DNA of 63,865 nt, the filler included, from Octopus bimaculoides (lineage: Eukaryota): the NCBI RefSeq assembly GCF_001194135.2. It is 5 parts of 5 records of this genome, joined end to end, with 100 filler letters (N's around TTAATTAATTAA, not from the genome) between each part and the next. Parts side by side here need not be neighbours in the genome. Positions count along the whole stretch, not along the records: positions 7,048 to 26,081 come from NC_068989.1; positions 26,182 to 48,929 come from NC_068981.1; 3 more parts are not named here. One strand, 5' to 3'. Position numbers and translations under genes: made by a program. Position 1 is the first letter of the stretch. Each line of letters begins with the position of its first letter. The notes below the pieces were generated by a model that was not told the origin of the DNA, made no database searches, and was given only the letters and a program-made list of their open reading frames with translations. This document shows positions 16,360 through 29,929 of this stretch, one piece after another.

Positions 16360-17562
16360 TAGATATCATCTATATATAATCAGGGTGGCATGAGTTCGAC
16401 AGTTTGACTAGAACTGGTAAGCCAGAGAGCTGCACCAGGTTGCAGTCTAATTTGGAATGGTTTCTATGGTTGGACGCCCTTCCTCACATCAACCACTCCA
16501 AGTGTGTAATGGCTGCTTTTTACAGGCCACTGACAACAGTCACAACTACGACTTCACTTGGCTTGGCGAGACTTCTCAAGCACAGCATATCACCAAATGT
16601 CTTGGTTACCTGTAATCATTTAAGTTTATAGGAGTTCATAACACTGCTTCATTAAGGCAAAAAATTTCACTGTAGACGACATTCTTTTATAATTTTTTGC
16701 TCATCATTTTATCTTCCCCCATCACCACCACTGCCTCTCTTTAACTGCTGTCATCTCACCAAACACTTGTTACTTCTCTCTGCCTTGCTATGCTATTTTA
16801 CTGTTGGTCTGATGCATTACAACAGACAAGAATAATATTAATCAAGGTCAAAACGAAGTTATTTGCCTTTGAAAGAGTAACACTGAAACAGATCATTTTT
16901 GAATCAAATAACCTTATAATTCTGCTTGTTCCTCCATTATCTAGCCCGTCGATAATGCTTCCATGTGATTAGTTGAAGGGGGCAGGGGGGGGAGAGGGGA
17001 GAGTAGGGGAGATGAGAGAGGGGAGGGAGGGACAGGGGAGGTAAGCCAATCTGATTTGGCAAGGTTTCTATCGCTGGATGCCTTTCCTAAAACCAACCAC
17101 TCCAAGAATATAGTGGGTGCTTTTTACATGCCACCAGCGCAGATGCCATTGACCTGACACCAGCATCAGCCACAACTACAGTCTCACTTGGTTTGACAGG
17201 TCAACACAAGCACAGTATAAAGGTCTTGGTCACCTGTCATTGCCTCCATGAGGCCTAACGCTGAAATGGTGCATGAGGCTCAATGCTCATACATATTTGG
17301 AGTTTGAGAAACATGGAAAAGAAAAATGGGTTGAAAATAGATCTTGGAAACGAGTTCTGTATGTCCTTAAGAAACAAAGAGAATGAAGAATTTGGGAAGG
17401 AGAGCAAACACAGAACTCATAATTGAGAAAGGACAGGAGGAACAAAATGAAAAGTGCTTTGACAGACATGGTAAAAAATGGTGGTTTGGGAGAGAGGGTT
17501 ACATCAGCTAACAAAGCAGGAATGTTTCAGATAATCTGAAAGAGTAAATAGGAAATACTTAC

Positions 17563-17630
17563 CTTCTCAGTGAGGTAGGTTTCTACTGCTTTCATACATT
17601 CCATGATGTAGTCATTCACGGCGTTGTACA
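17563..17630 (-). CDS. MIS12: MIS12 coding exon 2: (V)YNAVNDYIMECMKAVETYLTEK
   Basis: Acceptor tttttctgtttctctaacag and donor AAG|gtaagt; 68 nt, phase 1 to 0. Matches the Mis12 helix (human [23 protein letters not shown], from memory). Confidence 0.9.
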
Positions 17631-17954
17631 CTGTTAGAGAAACAGAAAAAGTAAATGAACAGAGGCATGGCTTTGTAGGTAGAAACACACTTTGTAACTG
17701 TGGTTTAAGGACGTTAACCCCTCCATGTGAAACCATGGGCAAATGCTTTCTACCATAGCTTCAGATTAACAATAATGAAGTCTGCCTTGCAACTATATGG
17801 TTCTGAAATTTAAATTTAAACCTCCAAACAGAACTGTGGGCAGGTATTACAACCACAGCTGCAGGTTGATGGAAACTATGTGAAGCCCATCAAAGAAAGT
17901 AATCTTACTCTTAGGTGGTAGCCTCTATTTGCTACTCAGTTTAGATTCACTAGA

Positions 17955-18272
17955 CACCATGTGACCAAGAGACTAAGGTATTCGGTTTGTAACTCTATGG
18001 TTGCAAGTTTGATACCTGGCAGTGTGCTGTTCTCTTGAGCAAAGCACTTTATTTCTCATTGTACCAGTTCACTGAGCTGGCAAAAAGGAAGTTGTACCTG
18101 TAATTCAAAGGGCCAGTCTTGTCACATCCTGCCTCATGCTGAATATCCCTAACAATTACATTAAGGATACACGTGTCTGAAGTGCGCAGCCACTTGCACA
18201 CTAATTTCATGAGCAGGCTGTTTTGTTGATCAAATTAACTGGAACACTCACCAACATAACCAATGGAATGCC
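17955..18272 (+). mobile_element. Old CpG-decayed tRNA-derived SINE sharing its 3' body with the 29461 SINE
   Basis: gtacctgtaattcaaagggccag...cagccacttgcac..taatttcatgagcaggctg matches 29646-29929 with CG to TG/CA changes. Confidence 0.7.
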
Positions 18273-19953
18273 AGGCTTTAGCATTGCTACCTAAATGTCT
18301 TCAGCAGAGTCCACTTTGTTGCAAGTATCCAGACCAAGACTCTGCAGCCCTGGAAAGAGACAAGCCTTTCAACCTCTAAGCTGTCACGTTTATTTCTGCT
18401 TGTATGTAGAAATAAGTTTTCAAAAACACAGGATATCAAAATGTCACTAATTCTAGCTTCCACTAACCTTCTCATCAATAATAAATCTAGCAAGACTGTT
18501 GGGAGGCGAGAAATTACATTTTTGTTACAAATACAGATGCTAAATTTAAAGCCTTCAAAAAGAGAAAAAGAAACAGAGAAAGGGCAAAATAGTATAGAAT
18601 TTTATATACAGAGCCAAAAGTTTGGAACATTTTTTCAAGAATTAAAATAGCTATGCCCACGTACAATTCGATTCAAATATATACAACGTAAAGATAAACT
18701 TACCTAATAACTGATCCAATTGCTCAATTCTAATTTTCTGACCTATGTTCCAAACTTTTGGCCATGACTGTAAGGCTTAGGCCCTAACGTGAACCCTTTT
18801 CTGTTCTTCAATTAATAGGAGCCACAATAGGAGTCATAGCCTTACAAGTTGAGGTAACTGTCACATAGCTTGTGACATAATAAAAAAAGTTGAATTATGC
18901 AGTAAAGTGGTAGGTGTTACGAAGGAAATACAGCCATAGAAAACATACCAAAGTAGACCCTGAGTCATGCTGCAGTCCTCCGATTCGCCAGACCCTGTTA
19001 AATCAGCCCACCAGTATTAGCATATAAGCAAATAATGCTATCAGTTATAGGTTTCCAATTAAGCAATTGCTAATTCATTGCATTTACAACAGAGAATGAC
19101 AAAGGAGAAGCTTATAATTCAGGGCAAAACAATTACCACAAAGGCTATTGAACAGTAGTTTTGGGTGTTTCACCAATATTTACATCCGCTGCTGATGTAT
19201 CTTTTACTGGTTTCAGTCATTAGACTGCAGCCATGTTGGGGCATAGCCTCGAAGAATTTTTAATCGAATGGATCAACCCCAGTACTTAATTATTTTTATT
19301 TCTTTACTGCCCACAAGGGGCTACAGTATTTAATAATTATTTTAAGCCTAGTACTTATGGTATAAGTTTCTTTTGCTGGACTGCTAAGTTATGGGGACGT
19401 AAACACACCAACAGAGGTTGTGAAGGGGGGTGGGGGGACAAACAGACTCAAACACGCACAATAGGCATCTTTCAGTTTCTTTTTACCAAATCCACTCTCA
19501 AGGAACATATTAGCAAAATGCAGTCTTCTGAAAGAACTATGAAGGAAGTAGTCAGAGTAAGGATTGACATGGACTGTAACAAGTCATGGTTTTCCATGGG
19601 GACAAAAAAAAAAGCATCAACAAAATCTATCACCTTGGTTATTGTTTCATCCAGAGTCTGTGCTCGAAGAAACTTGCAAGATCCCAAGGTGCAACACTTG
19701 GGAATGAGCTGAGAGCAATGTGGTGACCAAACAAATTTCCTGCAGACAACCAAATGAGAGGTAAAAAGTAGGGAAAAAGAATAGCAAAATGGTAACTTAA
19801 AGCTTCAGCTTCTCTCTCTCTTTCTATGATACACAAAAAAACACAAGACGGAAAGCAAGAGTAAAGTTAGTAGGAACATGCAATAAACAGCAAAAACAAA
19901 AGATTAAAAATAAACACACGAGTATCTAGTCTTGTCTCTTATTGTAAACTCAC

Positions 19954-20041
19954 CTCCATTACAGAATGACTTTGGTGTGAATCCAAAAAACTGGGTGGCA
20001 TACTCTTCCACTTTCATGTTTTCAAGATCAGCTTCAGCCAT
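19954..20041 (-). CDS. MIS12: MIS12 first coding exon: MAEADLENMKVEEYATQFFGFTPKSFCNG
   Basis: ATG at 20041 in context AAGATGG; donor GGAG|gtgagt. Contains the EY.TQFFGFTP signature of the Mis12 N-terminus. Confidence 0.93.
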
Positions 20042-20065
20042 CTTGGTACCTTATTGAAATGAGGA
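20042..20065 (-). other. MIS12: MIS12 5' UTR part of the first coding exon; implies an upstream non-coding exon
   Basis: Strong acceptor gtttttctttttcttttag immediately upstream (plus-strand CTA at 20066-20068). Confidence 0.7.
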
Positions 20066-20506
20066 CTAAAAGAAAAAGAAAAACGAGTATGAATTTCATT
20101 GTCTGTCTGTGTCCCTGTCTGTGCATCAAATTTACATTCCTCCCACTCTCTCTCCCTCCTTTCTGACTTTTTATCCATCCTTCTCGTCACCAGTCCTACA
20201 AGACATTTTCATTTACACCACCACATATTTGTCTGTCTCGCGGCCACACAGCTTCTTTCATTGCATATACCGTATTTGTTTCTGTCATTGTCCTGTACAT
20301 TCGTTAGCTATTCCCAGTGGCTTTTGGCCACTAGCACCACCAAAAGTGAACAATACCAACATTGAATGTGTGAAATTGTAATGATCTTTCAGACGTTGAC
20401 TGATGAGGAATAAGCTGCGAATTTTCTGTACCCATATATATATTATTTAATCGAACACCACACATCCATTTCCAAGTAAGTATATATACACACACACACA
20501 CATATG

Positions 20507-20570
<64 letters not shown>

Positions 20571-21528
20571 TACACGAAACTTAGACAACTGAAGTAAAGT
20601 TCAGTTTGGATAACACTTTGCAACCCATCATTACTGCCATAGATAATGTTTCTATTACAATTTCAACAAAGGCAAGATGGAAATCCAGCCACCCCATCAA
20701 TTCCCTTCTGGCAGAAACAAAGTTCTTAAGTCTGTTCCAGTTCTTTGGTGCTCAGATACTTGCAAGGTCAACTTCAATTTTTTGTCCTCCTTAGGCTCAT
20801 AGCATAAAGTACTAGTTGAGGTTGGTAAGTTGGCAGAATTGTTAGAACATCGGGCACAATGATTGGCAATATTTGGTATTTATTTTGGCTACTTCCATTC
20901 TGCACATTCAGGGCAAGGATGACAGATTTATCTGTGTGCATGGTATTGTCGTGACCATGTTAAGTCTCCTGTTGTCCCCATGATCATGGAAGCTGAAGGG
21001 GTCCGGTCATCAACCTGATGGCATATATTCATGCCTTATACTACTAATCTTTAATTTATATTCAACAATAGATTAACATTACACTTGATTACCTAGCTTG
21101 TTCCATTTCTTTCTTTTCTAATAACTATAAGGAACAAATTGTTATCATTTCTAAGTTGTATACAATTCCACCAACCACCACAAAGAATTTCGTATATAAT
21201 AAAGATTGTATCTAGACGATTCTATAAGGTTTGCCTGCCTGCTTTAGAGAAACTTGTAAAGCTTTTGACAGAATTTATTTATATGACTCTGAACTAAGAG
21301 AAGAATTCAATTTACTCTTTATTTATGGACAACGCCAAGTGTGTGCACTAATCATCAATGCCATAAATAAAATGTACTGGAATCTGCTATGAAGAATCAA
21401 TCACTTCTGCGTGGGCAGTTGAGTTGGTGCAGAAGAGTGCACAACAATTTGTTCTTGCCTGTAGTCAATTTTAAATTCTTTGGTTCTGTTTCAGTACCTG
21501 TTCAGGTTAACTTCATTCATTTGTTCCT

Positions 21529-21566
<38 letters not shown>

Positions 21567-23833
21567 GGGTGGGAGGGAGTGTAAACTGCATTAATTTATT
21601 TTTGTGGTGCAGGACATAAACATTACAAGCGTATATTTAATATCAGCTTTAATAAGACAAGCTTGCAGGATCGTTACGGGGCTGAGCAAAATGCTTCTTA
21701 GCATTTCTTTCAACTTTACATTCTAAGTTTAAATGCTGCTGGAGTCAACTTTGTGTTTCATTATTTCAGGGTCGATAAAAATAAGAAAATGTTATCAACT
21801 TGCATCCTAACCAAAAATTGCTGGCCTTCTGCCGAAGGTTGAAACCAATGTGAACTTCGATATTAACAGTGGCATCAAAGTGGCAAACGGAATCATTTGC
21901 CTGGCAAAATGCTCCAGGGGCATCTCGTCAATTTTGACATTCAGAGTTCAAATTCAACTGAAGATGATTTTGCCTTTCATCTTTTCTGTGTCAATAAAAT
22001 AAGACCCAGTAAAGCACTGGCGGGTCTATGTAATCGACTAGCTGCCTCCCGTAAAATTTCAGGTCTTGTATCTATAGTAGAAAGAAATATTGATAGTGGT
22101 ATCAGCAAAAATGTCTCGGGTTCATTTGTGGTACATAAGCAGTCACCAGTTCAGGCCAGACTTTCCTTAAGCTACCACTTGTACTATAATATCAAGCCCG
22201 TTTTACAGTTCCCTGATTCGTTCCTACCATCTTGTTGTAGAACATGATAGAGTACCATCTTTATATTCAAATTGAAAATATTTCCATAACCAAGTTATTA
22301 TCGTTCTAAATTAGCTGTATGATGATTAAGTTAATTTACTAAATGCCTTAATTCTTCATTTTCCAAATCAACTGAAATGCACAGGTAGAATTCTCAATTA
22401 GGATTAAAGTAACAAAGGGATCCATTAAAGTGGATTCTAATGGAACCCGTTTTTATTTTTAAATGCCATAATCTGAAGAATCTACAGAGTGTTTGGTGCT
22501 TTGTATGTACCTGTTCTCATTTCTTCTTCAGATGGTCTTCATTATACTTAATGTATATACACCATTGAACAATACGATGCTGTGGGTTTTGTCCAAAGTA
22601 AAATGTTTTAATAGACATTTTGCTATATTATCAACCCTCAGAAGGATGAAAAGCAAAGTCAACTTAATGAAGTAGATTAAGGCTATAAATAAATACAAAA
22701 AAAGTAAAAACAAAAAAATATAAATGTGAATAATATAAATTAAGGGCAATAATGGGAGTCATATATGCACTTATCCATACAACATACATCATTTAACATT
22801 TGTTGTCCATGCTGGCATCGGTTGAGCAGTTTCATCAAAGCTAGGAAGCTGCACTAGACTCTGGTCTGATTTGGCGTGGTTTCTACTGCTGGATGCCTTT
22901 CCTAACACCAACCATTTTGCAGAGTGTTCTGGATGTTTTTATGTAGCACCACCACAAGTGCTTTACATCACTAGAAGTATCGGTCTTAACACTGCTGCTG
23001 CAGAGTGCAAGTCTTCCTGAGCACAGCAAGGTGCCAAGCATCTAGGCTGAAAGATTCAGCTTCCTTCGGTTGTTCTTCAGTTCTTCATTCCGTCACCCTG
23101 GTTTTCCCACTTCCATCTACTTTGAAAGATCAACACTTCTTTATGAGAATGTTGGTATTCATCCACATCATATGACCAAACCAGCACAGTCTTCTCTCTT
23201 GCATACAGCAACCAATTCCTCTTATGCCTAACTTCTCTCTAAAAATATTAGCACTGTTGAGCATGTACACTTACATTACACATCCAACTGAGCATACTAG
23301 ACTCGTGTGTGTGTGTGTGTATATATAAGCATATCCGAGTGTGATCGTTACCAGGGCCACAGATAGGCTCCCATGCTGGTGACAATTGAAAAGCACCATT
23401 CGAGTGTGATCGTTGCCAGCATCACCTTACCGGCACGTAAAAAACAACATTCGAGCATGGTCGTTGCCAGTGCCCCTGGACTGGCTTCCGTGCAGGTAGC
23501 ACATAAAAACACCTTTTAGTATGGTCATTGCTAGAACCGCCTGACTGGCCCTCGCGCCGGTGGCACGTAGAAAGCACCCACTACTCTCTCGGAGTGGTTG
23601 GTGTAAGGAAGGGCATCCAGCTGTAGAAACTTTACCAGATCAGATTGAGCCTGGTGCAGCCTCTGGCTCACCAGTCCTCAGTTAAACCAGGCAACCCATG
23701 CCAGCATGGAAAATGGACGTTTAAAGATGATGATGACACACACAGTTCAAATTTATAGAAAAACAAAGACGAAGACAGGTGTCGGAACAACAAGCAAGGG
23801 TATTAGTCTTATGCTCGAGAAAAATGAAAAAGT

Positions 23834-23869
23834 CTTTTACATTTCAAGCTTACGCTCTTTGACAGAAAG
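23834..23869 (-). ncRNA. CpG-decayed minimal hammerhead-like motif in a PLE-type tail repeat (A6U family)
   Basis: Minus strand: CTTT CTGTCAA A GAGC GTAA GCTT GAAA T GTA AAAG. Homologous to 49073-49109. Confidence 0.5.
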
Positions 23870-26081
23870 GAATAAGTGGGAAAAAATAGAGAGAGAATGA
23901 AAAAAAACATGTTAAGTTCAGTGGTCCAACATGGTGAGTACAGCAAGGCACCAAGCATCTTGGATGCAGACACGCACACCACCTTGAAGGCTGCAATCAT
24001 GCTGGGGCACCACCTTGAAGAATTTTTAGTCAAATGAATCAACCCCAGGACTTATTTGAAGTCTGGTACTTATTCTATTGGTTTCTTTCACCAAACTGAT
24101 AAGTGATGGGGATTAAGTGTCAAGCAGCAGTGGAGGACAAAAACACACACAAACTTCTTTCAGTTTCTATCTATCAAATTGACTCAAGATTTGGTTGGCT
24201 TGAGGCTACTCAAGGTACCACGGAGTGGGATCGAATCAGGAACAATGTGGTTGGAAAGCAAAGTCCTTACCACACAGCCACTGAAGCTTGATAAGAAACA
24301 AAAAAAAATTCTTTTTTCAAATCCAAGACCTTTGATCAAAACATCCAAAACAAGCCCATCTCATCTTTCCTTTCGGCAATGCATCAAGAATCACAATCTA
24401 AAATGCCCTTAACATTTCAAAATGGTGTGGAATGATATCAACAATTTCAGTGCTATTTCTATCTGATCAAGCAACTACAGTTTCACTGCTCGTTTATTTT
24501 ATGCTGGTTTATTATGCTGACAAAGTGAAATATCACGTTATCATTCAGGTTATATAATTCAATTTACCTGCTCTAAAGTGTTCATATTTAAGTAGTCACA
24601 GGTGGGTTGGTATTGAAAAGGTTAATAACATAATTGTCACCTCTATAATCACATGAGCATCGAGGCAGCTGATATCGCACAATACATTTCTCTCTCTCCT
24701 TCCTGTTATCAAACCTCATCCACATGAAAGCTAAATAGCTTGGAGACGTTAGTAACTGTGTAAACCTCCCTCATTTGAGACTTGTCATCAGTTCACAGTT
24801 GTAGGAGAGTTTTCAGTTTTCTTCAATAGCAGTTAAAATATCCAGAAAAATATACACCACCCGAAGATAATGAAGACACCTCTATGCAGTCGCTTCTGTT
24901 GAATACAGCAGTCATATGCCACTCAAATAACACTTAACAGACAAGTAGTAGTATGCTAGTTGTACTAAGCAGAGTGGCAAGATGGGGACAGGCACATAAC
25001 TGTCCTATATACTCCATAAAAAGATGGCATAGTGATGACAGAGGTATGTGAGGCCTGGCAATAGGGAACAGCAATGACATACTGTCTAATCTAGACATGA
25101 ACAACACTTAGATGTCAAACGTTTGATAAATTCATTATAAGCCTCACTACCCTTTACTTTAAATACAGTTTAAATGAAAAACTTGTAACTTTTGGAGTTC
25201 TTTCAAAATTTGAATAGAAGATATACGTGTGTGTGTGTGCGTGTTGTGACTGTGTCTCCCACAACCGCTTGATAATGGTGATGTAGTGTCTACGTTCACA
25301 AAACTTAGCAGTTCGGTAAAAGAGGCCAATAAAATGTACCAGGTATAAAAAGAAAGAAGTGGTGTTGATTTGTTTGATTAAAATTCTTCAGGGCAGTGTC
25401 CCAGCATGGCTGTAGTCTAATGATTGAAAAAGATAAAAGAGCCACTAAATTCCTTAGTAAAACTTAAAGCCAAGAGAGGTAACTTGTACCTCTCACAGTT
25501 GATTTACCAGCTAGAAATACCAACCCAAATGCTTTTAAATCAGATCCTAATGCTGGATGTTCAAGAACCATACAAAGAGCAGATTTTCAATCATAGGATC
25601 ATCCTGATTCTGAAAAGGTATAATATGTCTATGTAGGGCAAATGTAGACTGACACACACAGAGGTCCCAGACAGACAGAATTTCACTTTTATTAATATAG
25701 ATATCTAAGTGGTGCAAATTTTTGGAGATCTTTTTCCTTTTTCAATTTGAATTTTCTAAAATGTTTCAAATTCATGCTTATTCATTTTCTAAGCTTCCTA
25801 AATTCATGCTACGTTATATTCTAATCACCCAGAATTCATTGCTCTTTTAAAAATTACGATTTATGCATTGTTGTCTCTCAAATATTTAAAATCTACAATT
25901 AAGAGCCCTATCTACTCGCTGGCGGTACCGACCCACCACTACCCATTTTCCTTTATTCAAAAATTCTTATCGCTCCTTAAAATTATGGCTTTTAAGTGTT
26001 GATTTCTCAGCCCAAGAATTACAGCGTGATGTGCTGCTTGACTGGTCCCCCCCCTCTCTCTCTCTCTCTCTTTCTATATAT

Positions 26082-26181
26082 NNNNNNNNNNNNNNNNNNN
26101 NNNNNNNNNNNNNNNNNNNNNNNNNTTAATTAATTAANNNNNNNNNNNNNNNNNNNNNNNNNNNNNNNNNNNNNNNNNNNN
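26082..26181. other. Scaffold join with TTAATTAATTAA spacer
   Basis: Spacer at 26126-26137 within a 100-base gap. Confidence 0.9.
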
Positions 26182-26444
26182 CAATATATAGTGCACAGGT
26201 ATTGCTTAAGTCACTGAACCAGAGAATAAAGTGCAAATGGAATGAAAGAAAAAAGTATTTTAGTAAAATAAAATAATTATTTTAAAAAATTTACCTCTTT
26301 TCGAAGTCTGAAGTAGTAGTATTACTACTTCAGTTAATCTCTGCTTCTGGTTAATTAAGACTAGAATCCACTTAAGACTTATTTAGTAGCATCTAGCAGA
26401 AGGTTACATATTATAGAATGATCGGCTGGTTTACATCTTTTCAT

Positions 26445-26640
26445 CCTCATCATCATCATCATCATTATCATTATCATCATCATTATCATCATCATCATCA
26501 TAATTATTATCACCACCACCACAACTACAATCATCATCAATCCTTATTCTCATCATCATCGTTGTGGTTGTCATCATCCTCATCATTATCACCACCAACA
26601 CCACCATCATCATTACTATCACCATCATCATTAACTGCTC
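26445..26640. repeat. (CAT)n/(CAC)n trinucleotide low-complexity tract
   Basis: Directly visible; explains the poly-H and poly-D ORFs. Confidence 0.9.
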
Positions 26641-27894
26641 ATTGTTGTTGTTTCTATTGTTGTTTAGCCCCAGAACTCATCGCTGCTTGAACAGACAGAC
26701 ATGTGATTAAAAGCTTTCCAGAGATGACCTTCCTACTTTTTAAAACAGAATATGCCATGGACTAAAGGCTAAAACCCTGCTTCAGTCATGAATGACCGTG
26801 GGTTTGCACCCCGAAAGTTACCCTCTGAGGTATGAGTCTGGGTAAGGTTGTTTATGGAAGACCAGCAGTCACCCATGCATACCAGCCTCCTCTTGCCATG
26901 CCACCGATGTTATCCAAGGGAAAGGCAAAGGCCAATACAGCTTGGCACCAGTGACGTCACAACTCATTTCTACAGTTGAGTGAACTGGAGCAATGTAAAA
27001 TAAACACAACACAGCCTGGTCTGGGAATCGAACTCATTACCTCATGATTGTGAGCCCAATGTTCTAGTCATAGAGCCATACACCATGGACTAATAGGATT
27101 ATATTATCCAGAAGGCCTTTCCATTCTTTTAAGACATTAGACAGTGAATTTTGATTGTTAACCCTTACACATAGAGGATCTCTCATTTAGAATGATTTCT
27201 TCATATTTGAATAGAAGAAAGAAAATCTTCTCAACTGCAATAAAGAAAAGCCTGAAGGTAGTCAACAGATATTACTGACAGGTGAATAGCACAAAGAAAT
27301 TTAAAGATGCAACAATGCTAATAAGCAGTGGCTCTCATGATTTCTGATCTTAACTGATTGAAAGTGTTAGCATATGTATGTTCTGTCTTGGTATAAAAGA
27401 TAGGCTACAGCAAATATTCTGCTCACAACCACAGATTTACTTGTCAGTTACTTGATCTTAACCAGATGAGCATGTCCCTTAGTGGCTGACGATATGTGCA
27501 TCTCTGATCACAAGCATCATAGTGGGGAAACACCATAGTGGGGAAGCATCATAGCTATGTGTTGAGAAGAATTCTTTGAGGTCTGGATAATTCACCTCTA
27601 GAAACATGGGTGTTTTGTTCATCATCCTTAAACAAACCTTATTCAGTCACTTTTTGAGCAGGGTGGGCTACACAACCCGAAGAAAATTCTAACAGTACCC
27701 CATCTGCAAGGTCATGTACTGTTTATCTTGATATGAGATGATCATGTCACACACATAAGATTGTGAAGCATGTGCCTGGTGTACCCTTACCAGATGAGTA
27801 ATCATGATGGGTATATTGGGCTTCATATATTTGTCCCCCAGTGTCACTTTGCTGGCATGCATTGCTCTCTCACTCAATAATAATAATAATAATA

Positions 27895-27942
<48 letters not shown>

Positions 27943-28379
27943 TATTATTATTATTATTATTCTTTCTAATTCTAGCCAGTAATTTTGAGGGGAGGGGCAA
28001 GTCGATTACATCAACCACTGTGCTCAACTGGTACTTATTTTATTGAATCTGAAAAGATGAAAGGCAAAGTCAGCTTAGTAGAATTTGGACTCTGAGCATA
28101 AAGAAGCAGAAAAAAATGTTGCTAAGCATTTTGTTCAACATGCTGATGATTCTGCTAGCTCGCAGCCTTTGTTTCAAATTTTCGTACAAGACCTGCAATT
28201 TTGGGGAGAGGGGGAGGGAGTCAGTCACATTGACCCCTCCCCCCCTCGCCCCACACACAAACACACACACCAGTTCTTGAATAGTATTTTAATTATTGAC
28301 CCCAAAAGGATGAAAGACAAAGTTGACCTTAGCAGGATTTGACCTCAAATTAGTGATGATGATAATATGAATGATACAA

Positions 28380-28900
28380 GAGCTAATCAAGGAAACCTCC
28401 CCCAACTGTTCGTTCTCTGACCTAGAGGTGTATTGTAAAAAAAAAAGTTATTTTGTGTATTGTAAAAGTATAAGCAATTTATTGCACATAGAGTCTAGCA
28501 ACACAATCTTATATGGACTCCAGATGAGAACCACTGATCTAAGATATAGGCACGTGATTCTGAAGATACAGTAGATACATGGGATATAACGATCAGTGAT
28601 AACTGTGGATCACTAGTACTGTACATGATATGAGAACAAATCATGTTAACAAATTGGGAGAAACACCATTGAACGAAAGAAGAGTATTATGGAAATATCC
28701 CAACATATCCTCAATGATTCGAGAGCAGAAGACAAGATATGTTGGTTACTGTTGTCGAAGCAAAGGGGGATTGATGGGCTCTATCTGTAAGTTCCGAGCC
28801 ATAAGAATTCTCATGTCGGACGACCCAGAATGATATAATTTGATCAACTCTCTCGTGATATCGAGTTACAAATGGAAGACCACAAAAATGTCGTGGAAGA
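28380..28900 (+). mobile_element. Degenerate RTE-like LINE 3' ORF fragment
   Basis: Peptide PNISSMIREQKTRYVGYCCRSK resembles the RTE C-terminal motif P.I...IR.RRLRFAGHC.RS as I recall it; frames are broken. Confidence 0.5.
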
Positions 28901-28910
28901 GAGGAACTCT

Positions 28911-29141
28911 TATTTCTTTATTGCCCACAAGGGGCTAAACATAGAGAGGACAAACAAGGACAGACAAAGGGATTAAGTCGGTTGCATGGACCACATTGCG
29001 TAACTGGTACTTAATTTATCGACCCTGAAAGGATGAAAGGCAAAGTCGACCTCGGCGGAATTTGAACTCAGAATGTAATAGTAGGCGAAATACCGCTAAG
29101 CATTTCGCCCGGCGTGCTAACGATTCTGCCAGTTCGCCGCC
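28911..29141 (-). mobile_element. Young tRNA-derived SINE (GGCGGCGAACTGGCAGAATCGTTAGCACG... family), CpG intact
   Basis: Near-identical to 44460-44690. Many older fragments occur at 10680-10900, 11330-11470, 12110-12760, 21650-22070 and 27980-28340. Confidence 0.85.
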
Positions 29142-29460
29142 TTGCAAACTCTTGTAGAGAAATCGTGGATTTTGGTGCGAGAAATCCGCCCAAAACAATA
29201 GTACTTTACATCGATTGCTGTATCCTACAATTTCCAGTAAATACTTTGCTGCAAAGCTCTTACAACAGATCATATTACTTAATATGAGATCACAATTATT
29301 TATACTGCCATTAGCTACATATTTAACCCATATAAACCCACTGTCCTCGTTTGAAACAATTGTATTTGGTTTATTTACTGCAATAAAGGTTAAATGGACG
29401 CAAAATAGTGCTTGTTGTATTTATTTAACCATTGTATTTGGTTTATTTACTGCAATAAGA

Positions 29461-29929
29461 GGAGGTGCAATGGCCCAGTGATTAGGGCAGCGGACTCGCG
29501 GTCATAGGATCGCGGTTTCGATTCCGAGACCGGACGTTGTGAGTGTTTATTAAGCGAAAACACCTAAGCTCCATGAGGCTCCGGCAGGGGATGGTGGCAA
29601 ACCCTGCTGTACTCTTTCACCACAACTTTCTCTCACTCTTACTTCCTGTTTATGTTGTACCTGTAATTGAAAGGGTCAGCTTTGTCACACTGTGTCACGC
29701 TGAATATCCCCGAGAACTACATTAAGGGTGCACGTGTCTGTGGNNNNNNNNNNCTGTAATTGAAAGGGTCAGCTTTGTCACACTGTGTCACGCTGAATAT
29801 CCCCGAGAACTACATTAAGGGTGCACGTGTCTGTGGAGTGCTCAGCCACTTGCACGTTAATTTCACGAGCATTCTGTTCCGTTGATCAGATCAACTGGAA
29901 CCCTCGACGTCGTAAACGACGGAGTGCCA
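29461..29929 (+). mobile_element. Full-length tRNA(Arg)-like SINE with 10-bp target-site duplication
   Basis: Head GGAGGTGCAATGGCCCAGTGATTAGGGCAGCGGACTCGCGG with a B-box-like GGTTTCGATTCC. ACTGCAATAA flanks both sides (29449-29458, 29940-29949). The internal 10-N gap has a duplicated flank. Confidence 0.85.

Noticed and set aside
16977-17041. G-rich tract with G-quadruplex potential in a MIS12 intron
   Set aside because: Low-complexity GA/G run with no evidence of function.
20395-20435. CTGATGAGG hammerhead-like start (also CTGATGAGG at 48389)
   Set aside because: No intact GAAA and no pairable stem I.
29640-29840. About 100-bp tandem duplication inside a SINE
   Set aside because: The copies flank a 10-N gap, the pattern of an overlapping contig join.
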